Positions 12,988-25,400 of a stretch of DNA of 64,000 nucleotides are shown here, piece after piece. Numbering within the stretch: the first letter of the stretch is position 1; every line of letters starts with the position of its first letter. The notes below the pieces were generated by a model that was given only the letters and a program-made list of their open reading frames with translations, was not told the origin of the DNA and made no database searches. Source of the stretch: Antedon mediterranea. Taxonomy: Eukaryota > Animalia > Echinodermata. The DNA is taken from positions 29,406,871 to 29,470,870 of the forward strand of contig NC_092676.1 in the NCBI RefSeq assembly GCF_964355755.1, written 5' to 3'. The translations under genes were made by a program, and so were the position numbers.

Positions 12988-13414
12988 GTTTGTTTCTAAA
13001 TTCTTTTTAAAACACACACACCACCACTCTCTACAAAATCGCAAATGTTATTGTTTTGGTTGGTTGCTAAGACCCATGTCATAGGTGAATATGCTATGCT
13101 TGAGTAGGTTTTAGAATTTTAATTATTTCACAAAATATTTGTTAAAACATATAAAAAAGAATTTATAGAAACAATATTAACTTCATAATTAAAGTATTCA
13201 TTTTTTATTTGCTTCTTGTAATGAAAAAGCGATGCTATTTTTGAAGAAAACAGATCAACAACAAAACCCACTCAATTAGCACCCTGGCAACACTTGATAC
13301 AAAACAAAATGGTAGACGTCTGGTTTTGATTTGATGACAAACATGGTATTCAAAAATCAGAGTGAAAAATAGGTTAATATCTAGTGATTGTGCACTATAA
13401 ATTTAATTTAAAGC
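12988..13414. promoter_or_regulatory. Putative bidirectional promoter of DNAJB13 and CFAP47 with RFX X-box-like motifs
   Basis: Divergent ATGs at 12987 (-) and 13415 (+). GTTGCTAAGACC at 13063-13074 and CCCTGGCAAC at 13282-13291. Confidence 0.7.
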
Positions 13415-16400
13415 ATGGGAATGGACGGGGATGTAGCAGGAGTGAGAATTTCTCCTCCTGTTATTGAATTTTTTGATGCTGACGCTGATACATTGTACAC
13501 TGTAAACTTGAATGTTCAAAACATAAGCAAATTCAGCAAGCAAATTAAATTTCATGGACCAGAATCAGCAAAGGTACGTATCAAAAAGAAATGAGATTTT
13601 GAATTTGTAATAGACATAGGCCTAGGCCTAGCCTAGGCCTACGTTTCTTTTCCAGATGTTGTCAATGTAGGCCTAGGTTACTAATACTATTTATTTGTTG
13701 TTGTTTTAAAAAATAAATGCATGCATGTCTGTTTTCAATTAATAATTTATATATTTTGTTGCAACTAAAGTTTGAATTGAAAGTCAAAAACCCAGAGAAA
13801 CCTATAGCACCAGGGTTAGAAGTGACAGCTACTCTATCATATACAACAGAAGAACCTCAGGATTGTCAAGACAGAATTATTCTTTTGGTAGACGAAGACA
13901 TTATTGAAATTCCAATTTTTGCGTAAGTGAACAAAATAGAATCTGAAACTCAAAAAAATTTGGTTAAATATTCTAATTTAAAAAAATATATATTTGTAAT
14001 TATTGTTATTTGTAAAAATAATTTATCTATATATCTGTAAATTATTAATATTAATATTAGATAATTATTATTTATTATTTATCATCATAAAGTCACCTTT
14101 TATTCCTTTATTTTTCAAAATATTTTCTTTTTTTTAGTTACAGCCCTCAACCACTTCTCGATGCGGATGAAGAGGTCGATTTTGGAACAGTCGTCTGCAA
14201 CGGCAAAGTGCTAACAAAGCAATTCTCTATCTTCAACCATGGAACTGTGTCTGGTACATTTAAACTGCAGTATAGCGGAACAGAGCCTATCACTATTATT
14301 CCAACCAGTGGTACAATTAAACCAAATTCTGGGCAGTTTATCAAGGTAAAGTATTAACAAGTTTACAAGCATTATGTACGCCCACATCTCAAATTTTGTG
14401 TTCGAGTATGGAATCCGTATCTTCAAAAGGACATAAATGTAATTGAAAGAGTACAACGTCGTGCGACTAAATTAGTTCCATGTATCCGTTCATATTCATA
14501 TGAAGATCGACTAAAGCTTCTTGGCCTAACAACCTTGTACGACAGAAGAATTCGAGGTGACCTGATTGAAGCATATAAAATTGTTAAAGATTTCGAGGGT
14601 GTAGCCAAGGATGACTTTTTCCAAATGAGAAGTAACATTAGCCGAATTACTCGAGGACATCACCTGAGATTTTTCAAGCCTATTTTCCATAAAGGATTGA
14701 ACTGTAGAAGACATACCTTCTCGCAACGAGTAATAAACCATTGGAACAGTTTACCAGCTGACGTTGTTAATTCTGAGACCACTAACACCTTCAAGAATTG
14801 CATCGACACAATGTAGTTGATATGGGGTTAAAAAGGCATTCGCCTAAACTTTCCCATTATAGCTAAACTAAACTAAACTAAACTAAACTAACATATATTT
14901 AAAATAAAAATATTGATATAATAAGGAATTTATTCTGAAATAGCATTTTGATGTATGTATGTGGAATTAAAACTGACTGGCAGATAACTATCTTTAGGAA
15001 TAACTTACAACAGTATCCAATAAATGAATAAAAAACATGAAAACAACTTTTAAAATCTTTTTATTTTGTCATGGTCATTCTTTTTTTTTTCAGGTTGAAT
15101 TTATCACCAAGATGACTGGTACACTAAATGAACAAGTTCAGTAAGTCATAGTAAAATTAATGAAAATTTATACCGAATTTTATAACAAAATTAAATTTGT
15201 AGTGTCTATTCTAAGATAATTATTCCACCATCATAATTCTAATACTGTCTGTATGTGTATTGTCCTAAATCAAGGTATATCAAGGTAAAGTATAATTCTA
15301 TTACTGTCTTTTTTTCTGCTCTCTAGACTACAACTCGCAAATCAAGATGCTTCTACCATAACTATCAAAGCCGGCATTGTTGAGCGTTGTCTTGAGTTGT
15401 TGTCTGTTGATGATGAAGATCAGATTGACTGTGTAAGGTTTGGGTGTTCTTATTATGGCACAGATAAGATGGAGGCTGCTTACCTTTATAATAACAGTCC
15501 ACATCCTGTTAGTTTTGTCACAGTTTTGCTGGAAGACGCTGAAGGAATGGAAATTGTAAGTATTTTTATTTAGCGTATATCGTCTGGTTAATTCCACCCC
15601 CGTAGAACACAAAATTGGGCTGACGTTGGGGTGGGAATATACCCGGGGAAACCCTGGTTCAGGAAAAAAATGATCGTGGTAAGCATTTCTTGTAAAAACT
15701 CACCTGAACTGGCTATAGAGAGAGGCCTATATCCAGATCAAAAGTCAATACTGGGATTATACCTAGGGATATGCCTGTTTGTGAAATCAGACATAAAGTA
15801 GGGAATTAGACCAGAAGTGGGATTATACCAGAGGATATACGGTAATATACTGTTAACTTTGAAGTAATTTTCACGCCCTAGTGTGTAGTGGTTTTTTCTG
15901 CATTATCATTCCGTAGATGATATTGGATTAATAGTTTGTTAATTTTAAAACTTTTTGTTTGTTGAAAGTGAAATTGAATAAATATTATACTTTGTTTCTT
16001 TTCTAGGGGAATGATCTGACCAAGTCCACTGTCGGAACTTTAGCTACCACTAACCTACAAAAAGTGTTAGCCAGCACTAACCCTCTGACCACCCTGGTCA
16101 CTACGTACCCAAACCAGGGTAACCTAGGTGCTTACGAAAAGATTCCAGTGTTCTTTCGTTTTAGCCCCAGATACAACACCCTTAAGCAGGGTTGGAAGAG
16201 TACAGCGACACCTCCACCTAGGCAGGACTTCTCACTCTTTATGCATTTTGTCATGGTAGGCAGCAGTAAAGGATTTGCAGAGGAGGAGGGCCTGGGGGTT
16301 GGAAGCCCAGAAGGTGTGTTTATTGCTCCTATTTTTATTGATTAAATGCTGAAATATTTTAAAGTCTCTTTATTCAGGATGAAATAAGATCTATCTATTC

Positions 16401-19400
16401 ATCATCATTGTTAGATTTTATTGATTACATCTTTTTGTCAAAAATTGTTTGGAAATGATTACTGCGTTTTTCAGGAGCAAAATTGGAGATTGCATTAACA
16501 GGGACAGCTCTTCCAGTCCTGTTGACCCTTAACCCCATGACCCACTTTGACATGGGTAACTGTCCTGTCGGGGAACATGTTGATGCTCTGTGTGAACTAC
16601 GTAATGAATCAACCATACTACCAATCGAGTTCATCTTTAACAAAATCGCTCAATACACAATCTATCCAGAGTTTGGCAAGCTTAGGCCTGGGGCTGTACA
16701 AGATGTTATCATATCGTTTAAGCCAAATCAGTTTGGTACATTCAGGTAAGTGCTTTATAGAAATAATAATAATATACTTTATTTTCACACGAAACACTTG
16801 AATTACCCAAGGGTGTTTTTCATCAAGGCCGTGCAAGGCCATACATTAATACTGAACATCAACAAAAACGAATAAAAGAGGAAAATAAACATAAAACCCG
16901 ATATTTTTAAACTATGTTTCGGGGATAACAATGAAAAAAAGATTTATGTAGTTTAACTTAATTTTAATATATTTACATTTAGGATTATCCCAAAGGTTAT
17001 TTCAAAGCTTACTGCCATAAAATGATAGACTATTTTTCTTATATTCAGTTTTTGCTTTAGGAATTTTAAAATTTCTACTATTTGCTATATAAGTTATAGT
17101 TAAAGGTGCTTATCTTTAGTTTAAACCAATTCAGTTTAGCCAATCAGTTTTAAGTGCCAATTGCCATGTGTCTTGTTCATGTCATAATAGGAGTATGCAG
17201 TTAATGGATGTATTGGGAGCAGTTGCTGATAATGCTCCTCAATCACACCCTACTGACATCCACAGGGAACCAATCCACACCCTGCATGTCTCACTTCATG
17301 GTACTAGTAATGCTGTCACAACTGAAAAGAAACCAAAGTTTAATCCAGGTATATATATTGTGTCCTATAAAAAAAACTACATGTACTTCAATTGAGTTCT
17401 TCTTGCAAACTATAAAAAAAGATTTAAAATATGGTATTCATATACATAACTGTAGACTGTATATGAGTAAGAGATAACTAGATTGTCTTGTGCTTGATAC
17501 CATTGGTTAGATATATATAATATATCAAAAATAAAAATAAAACTTGGTTACTATATGTACTTTGTCTTTAATAGGAATAACACCGCTAGTGGTTGGTGAA
17601 GTTGGCCAGTTTGTCTCTGTTACAACAGACGAAGCCTCTTCCTATAAACCTAGAGCTGCTATGTTGAATGCCCCAAAGACCAAGGGACTGCACACATCAA
17701 AGTCTGCGTCAGGCATCCGCGACTCCTCAGCACTTGTTGCATTTCCTAATGATAGGGCACGAAGTATCAGGCCTAGCTATCGCAGAGAAAACTATAAGTG
17801 AGTATGGAAAAAATTATTATTAAATTGAAAAGGTCACAAAAACTATGATGGAAGTAAAAGTTACCAATATCTTTGAATTAGAAATAATTTGTATGTTATT
17901 TCTTTCTTCAGAACCATCTTTACAAAATCCGACAGACATACTTACGTTGATCCTGATTATGCGTATGATGACAATGAGATACAAGACATACAAGAACACA
18001 AGAATAAATACAATCAGTATTTAGTAGAATGCAGAGAGAAAAGAAAGGAGAAAACAAGTTCAAAGTAAGTCTTATTCATGTACATATAACAAACTAGTTA
18101 AAATAGCTGTTCAGATTTCAAACGTAGTTTAAAACCGTTAGATGTATGGATATGTGTAATAGCAAATAGTAAGACACAAACGTGCAAACTCTCTTTTAGT
18201 ATAGATATAATTAATTGAAGCAGCAAATTGTATTGCTGTTGTATTAGTGTGTAATTCAAAAGTTTAGTTTAACAGACTAATAACCTTCCTAACTCTATTT
18301 TCTCTGTTTTATTTTAATAGGGAGTTCAAAACATTGAACACTGCTAAAGATATTGGAGTGAAGCCAGCATCCGGACTAAAACCATCAAAACTGAAGATTG
18401 AAGACATGAAAAATGTTGTCAGAAGTAAGAGACATCATTAATGTCATTTCCATCACCAATATATGCATTTTCAAAAATCTACAGTAGTAATCATTTAATA
18501 AAAGTGGAGTTGTGGCTTGGTGGTTATGATGCTTGGCTACTAATCCAAGGGTCTTGGGTTCAAGTCCTATCATATGGCAGAATTTTGTTTATGTAGAGCA
18601 TCTTGTGTCTGTTTGTCTTGTGAACAGGATTGCCACCTTTAAGAAGGATAGTCAATGAATTCACTTATGGTTATCCTTGGCAATTTGCCTAAATAGAAAA
18701 AAATTAATAAAAAATTAATAACTTTTGAACATTTTTTCTCTTTTAGCTCCAACCCCACCAAATAGTGGAAATCGTATGTTAAGCTCCAAGTGGTTAAATA
18801 ACAAGGAGATGTTATCAACTGGTAGGCCTAGTAGTGGGGGCTTGAACGCTGTACCTATGACACCTCAAGAGAAAGCTGACTGTAAGCTACAGCTGTCACC
18901 GCAGCAGCTCTATCAAGTCATCATTGGTAAGTTAATACCGTTCTTAAGCTCTGTCTACACTATCAAACTTGATGTGACAAAAAAATGTGATGTGCCCGTA
19001 CTGTATATGATGATGTCATATCACTAGCATATTTGGGCATATCACACTTTTTTTGTCAAACTACTGTAGTTTGATAGTGTAGACAGAGCTTTATTTGAGG
19101 GTATGATGAGTATGGTTTCCTCTTCCTCAATTAAGACCACCCAATGAAAGAACACTTAACACCCAAGCCAGTTCTGGGGGTAGACCTTCTTTCCTCCATA
19201 GCAATACCCGTTAAGAAGATATACTCAGTTCATGTAGTTGATTCATTAATTTTGTTTATACCATTTTAGGACCACCAGTGATTGACTTTCGTCGTGTTTG
19301 TCTCAAATCAACAAGTGCAAGAAGTTTAAACATTGTCAACAATCTTGACCAATACATTCACATCCTAGTTGAGGTAAAAGAGATTATATACTGTATTTTT

Positions 19401-22400
19401 AGAATTAATTTACATTTATTATAAATTCTTAGTGTAAGGCTATCTTCACTATCAACATGTATATGAAAAAAAAATTTTATGTGCCCATATATCTGAAGAT
19501 GTCATATTGCTACCATAATTATTTGGGTATATCACTATCGTATTTGGACAAATCACACTTTTTTTAGTCAAACTAGTTTGATAGTGTAGACAGAGCTTAA
19601 GGGAGTGTGCTGAATAGAACAGTCAATGATATGATATATTCTTTCTTCAGATTGATTGCCGTGAGCTGCGACAGACAAGTCCTCTATCTCAAGTTGTTCC
19701 ACCAAACTGTAAAGCAGAACTTCCACTAATCTTTGAGTCAAACACTAAAGGTGTATTCCAAAGGCAAGTCTTTCTTCATTTTTCAGGCAGTAATGTGTCC
19801 CTGTTACTCTCATCATTGCTTCAGTATTTGGTTTCTTACAGGAGAAAGTCTGCAGCACCTTGGTTCTCTTTATACATTTATTTCTTTTTTACTGCTTAGT
19901 TTTACTAATGTTAAAAGTCTCTTTTATTTTGTGTAGAAATGTGAAATATTCAGTGAATAAACATCATAAGGATCACATTGTGGTGAAGGCAGATGTTGTA
20001 GCAGTATCTCTTACCCTGCCTACAGACCTGCTAGAAATCAAACCAACTCCAGGAATGCCTGCTGAAGCTGGTATGTTGTATATTATTACTATCTTATTTT
20101 ATGTTATTATTACCTTAACTAAAGCTCTGTCTACATGATCAAACTAGTTTGACAAAAAAGTGTGATGTGCCCAAATATGGTAGTGATATGCTCAAATATG
20201 GTAGTGATATGACATCATTGTGTCCATAATATGGGCACATCACTATAATGTTTGATAGTGTAGTTAGAAATTTAGCTTTAGTTAAGCTCTGTCTACACTA
20301 TCAAACTTTGTGACAAACAAATGTGATGTGCCCAACACTACCATATTTGGGCACATCACACTTTTGTTAATAGTGTAAACGGAGCTTAAAGAGGAAACAA
20401 GTACTACAGTATGTTAAATTAAAGTATATTCATAAATTGTATTTCAAGACATCCTACATCTTCACTATCATCACTATTCATAAATTGTATTTCAAGACAT
20501 CCTACATCTTCACTATCATCACTATTCATAAATTGTATTTCAAGACATCCTACATCTTCACTATCATCACTATTCATAAATTGTATTTCAAGACATCCTA
20601 CATCTTCACTATCATCACTATTCATAAATTGTATTTCAAGACATCCTACATCTTCACTATCATAACTATTCATAAATTGTATTTCAAGACATCCTACATC
20701 TTCACTATCATCACTATTCATAAATTGTATTTCAAGACATCCTACATCTTCACTATCATCACTATTCATAAATTGTATTTCAAGACATCCTACATCTTCA
20801 CTATCATGACTATTCATAAATTGTATTTCAAGACATCCTACATCTTCACTATCATCACTATTCATAAATTGTATTTCAAGACATCCTACATCTTCACTAT
20901 CATCACTATTCATAAATTGTATTTCAAGACATCCTACATCTTCACTATCATAACTATTTTCCTTAAAGGGTTAAGAAGTGTGATAAACCTGAAAAATGAA
21001 AGAAATTTCCCAGCAGAGTTTACCTGGCAACCCGTGCTTGGAGAAAGAGGAACTGCATTCTCAATTCGTCCTGCTACTGGTGAGTGGCTCCTACAGATTA
21101 CCAATTTGGTGCCTCCTACATGTTACAGATAATGAGTTTCAGTTTCAGTTTATTTTCCATTTCAATTTATGAAAATAAGATAAACAACTTATATGGATGG
21201 ATAACCGTAAGAGCGAAGCTCGATAGCCGGTCACCTGTTAGTGCAGTGACATTACGGACAACATAAAGACAGGACAAAGGTGCAATACATAACAAGACAT
21301 GTGCACACTTGTGTTGCAACCCCTTGGATAAAATAATATATTTATATAAAGGAGAAAACTGAAAATTAGATATTATATTTCTTTTTGATCATAAAATGAT
21401 AATTTTTAACTTACTTCTTAAGAAGGTTAAGTGAGTGAGTGATTGTTATTGTTCTAAATAAAGCCTTTTTGAGAGAGGGGACACTTGAGGACCAAACTAA
21501 GTTTCCCCATAATAGTGGTGTCTACTGAGTAGAGGTATCCCTATTGTAGCCATTGATTCATGTCAAGCCTTGCGTTTAATTAATCTAAATGTATTTATTT
21601 CAAGGAATGGTTGATGCTTTTAAGGACCTTGATTGTGAAGTGGTGTTCCACCCATCTTACCATGCACCTGAAGAAGGAGAGTTCATTCTACAGGTTCATG
21701 GTGGTGAGGAATCAAAGCTGAAATGCATCGCTGATGTAAGTTTTGCCTTTTTTTAAGTTTAAGTTTAAGTTTCATATTAATACAAACAAACACAAATTTT
21801 TAAGAAAAGATTTGAAAAAATAACCGAAACGAATCAAAACGAAACTGACAAAACAATCAATAACTCAGTAAAATATTCATCATTTTTAGATTGGTCCTTT
21901 TACATATTTAAGGAAAAAAAAGAAGTATACATTGTATTTTAGTTTATAATGAATGCATTATACCTTGAAATAATTTGGTGATAAATTTCTTTTTCCAGCT
22001 TGGTCCCACACAAGTGATGTTTATGGAAAGACGTATTTTATTTGGACAAGTTCCACTCCATCTTACAACAACACAGACAGCTGTATTGCATAATAACAGC
22101 CAAAATCATGCTTACTTCCAGGTAAATCTAGCCTTAAAAGAGCACTATATAATTCTTTATTATTATACACAGATAATACTTAGGTAGCCCTAAGCTCTGT
22201 CTACACTATTAAACCAGTTTGACAAAAACAGTGTGATGTGCTCAAATATGGTAGTGATATGCCCAAATATGCTATAATAATAGTGATATGACATAATCAT
22301 GTATATATATACACATTTTTTTAACCAAACACCAGGCCACAGTGCTGCTATGACTGAATTGCTATATCATAAACATATTTTTTGTTTTTTAAGATTATAG

Positions 22401-25400
22401 ACCCAAATCCAGTTCCTGGCCTGATGGTGTCCCCCGTTCAAGGTGTGGTACCGGTCGGTGGTAACACGGAGCTTAAGATATATCTCACACCAGGTGCTAT
22501 TATGAAGTTTGATACCAGACTAGAGGTCTCAATTCGAGGATGGAAGACAATTGAACTAAGAATGGGAGGAACAGTCTGTCCCCCTTCTGTTAATATTGAT
22601 GTGGTATGAGCTTTTAATATATTTGATTGTCACTGTCGGTTTTGGTCCATTGCATAGTAAGCAGTTATTTATGTATTTTGAACAACTATCTGATCCAATG
22701 AACCAGGCAGCTAATTGCCATACTGTAGGAACAATGGAAATTCTCGCTTCCCACTTACAGTATTTAATTTGTATTTTCTATTTTATTTGAATAACTTCTC
22801 TTTTTATTTCAGCCTTCATTCCACTTTGGTGGTGTTTATTGTGGTTCTAAGCATGTGCTTCCATTTAAGCTTATCAATAAGGTGCGGACACCAGCCAAAG
22901 CGATCTTTGACCTTTCACGCTATCGAGACTTTTCCCTCAAGTTTGACACTGACGTGATGGCAGGTATACATTGTTTTCTTATTTGTAGCAACATTCAAAT
23001 TTGGTTAATATAAAATCTCATTTTTAGTCTTTTATTTGAAAAATTTACCTAAAAATATCTTACCACAAGACCAAATAAGAAATGAAAAAAACATTAAAGT
23101 ATAAATTATTAATGTTTATTTTTGTGATAATAAGATTGTTTACTAAGTATTTACTTCTTTTTTATTTTTTATTCAGAAACTGAGGACATCTTAAGTCCAG
23201 GCATCTATAAAGTTTCTCTTAGAAGAGAAGAAACAATCAAGTGCCAGTTAATATTCCGTCCAACAGAAGTAGCGTCTTACGACTTCAACATCATTGTCAC
23301 CATAAACCAGACAGATCCACCATCACCGAACCCGACTCCTTTCCCACCAACGCCTGCACCATCATCAAAGAGCATTCAACACATCATCACTCCGAGACCG
23401 ATGGTTGTGACCATTGCAACTCCCAAAAGGAAAATCATTGCCACAGCTCTGCGACAACCACTCCAGTTATCAAACTATCACATTGACTTCTCTTTGCCTT
23501 CTGGATTCAGAGACAATGGAAGTCTTCTTGGTGAAACAAGAGGAACGCTTCTTGTGAATAACAGCGATAAAGACATCACTTGGAGTCTGGATCTGGATAA
23601 ATGTGGGAAGGCCACTGAAGATGGTGTCTTCCGGTTCCTGATGCCTTCTGGTGCGCCATTCTTTACTCACAGGAAAGGTGGTGCGGGTGTTGAAGATACT
23701 CTTTCTTCTGGAGAGACATACCCGCTTGGAATCATGTTCTGTCCAGGTAAATTTGACTTCGTTTTACAAATTGTACACAATTAATAGTAGGGTAGGCCTA
23801 CCTGTATCCACAGAATTTAATTAAGGGGCTTACCATGAATTTTAACCTTAACACAACAAATTTGTTCTTTCTTATACTGAGCTGCACCCATCCACCAAGT
23901 TTGAAGACCATGCAACCCCTAGTCTCTGAATAAAGCCGGACAGACAGAGAGAGATTTGGTAAATTATAGTAAAATTATTTTTTTGGTTGAATTCTTATTC
24001 TTTCTAAATGTTTAACTCTTTAGAGGAACCAGGTGAATACAAAGCTGACATTCCTATTATCCTGAATGGTAACAAGACACACACTTACCAACACCTCAAT
24101 ATCCATGGCACGCTGAAGTCACCCAGATTGACCTTTGACCCTATTGCTCTTGTTCTTACACCAGTTCCTTTGTCAACTGAAGTGTCTGCAGATTTCACTA
24201 TACAAGCTGCAGGCTTTACAAAGTGAGTTTTGTTTTTTTGATAATTGTTTTGAATTTTGGTCTTTGGTTCAAACCATGTAAAGCTCTGTCTACACTATCA
24301 AACTAGTTTGACAAAAAAAGTATTATGTGCCCAAATATGGTAGTGATATTCCCAATTATGGTACTAGTGATCATCATGTCCATATATGGGCACATAACAT
24401 TTTTTGTCACATAAAGTTTGATAGTGTAGACAGAGCTTAAGTCCTAAATGTTCCCCTTTCTATTGTTCATACATGGCTGACTTAGATATAATTAGGCCTA
24501 TAGCAAATATAATATGTTGGATTTGATTATGTTTATATTTTTTCTACCATCTATAGAAAATGTGTAATTGATGTGGAACTCCCTGACATCGAGCTTGAAG
24601 ATGGTAGTACTTCTTCCATTTTATCGGTCACTTTTCCAGATGGTCAGACCATTCAGCCATGCTCTGGTGATGATGGACAAGAGGAACCGTTTGTTCTAAA
24701 GTGTAGGGTCACGTTCAGTTCCCCAAAACCTGTCTCATTCTCTCAGCCAATCAAGTTTATTGATGAGATTGGTAATAGGTAACTGGTTTTATAAATTGTT
24801 TAATTAATTAATTAAAGTTATAATACAATCTTTTATAATAGTTTGCTATGCTACACTATCAAACTTGTTTGACAAAAAAAGCGTGGTGTGCCCAAATATG
24901 GTAGTGATGTGCCCAAATATGGTAGTGATGTGCCCAAATATGGTAGTGATGTACCCAAATATGGTAGTGATGTGCCCAAATATGGTAGTGATGTGCCCAA
25001 ATAAATGGTAGTGATGTGCCCAAATATGGTAGTGATATGACATCATCATGTCCATATATGAGCACATCACATTTTTTGTCACATAAAGTTTGATAGTGTG
25101 GACAAGGCTTTAGGATAGGATAGAGTACTATTTTATACAACTGTTTGTATACATGGGATGTAACAAACTTGTACCTTTAATTCAAATTTTTGTATTTCAC
25201 TGTTTAATGTGACCACCTTTGCTCATCATATGAAACTTTCTTCCGATTTGATTTCATATTAATAATATATTATAATTTTATATTTGATATAAATTATTTT
25301 AAAGTTTTTCAATTATGGTTACCGCCACTGCTGACAATTGTTTGCTTACTGCCTACCACTTCATCGCTAAGCATCGAACTGACTACCAGATAGTAACAGA

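Noticed and set aside
18503-18575. Possible tRNA gene
   Set aside because: It continues into a multi-copy body with an A-rich tail, so it is a SINE head.
20419-21132. 164-aa and 231-aa repetitive ORFs on both strands
   Set aside because: They are by-products of a 45-bp intronic minisatellite. Only 20969-21079 is a real exon.
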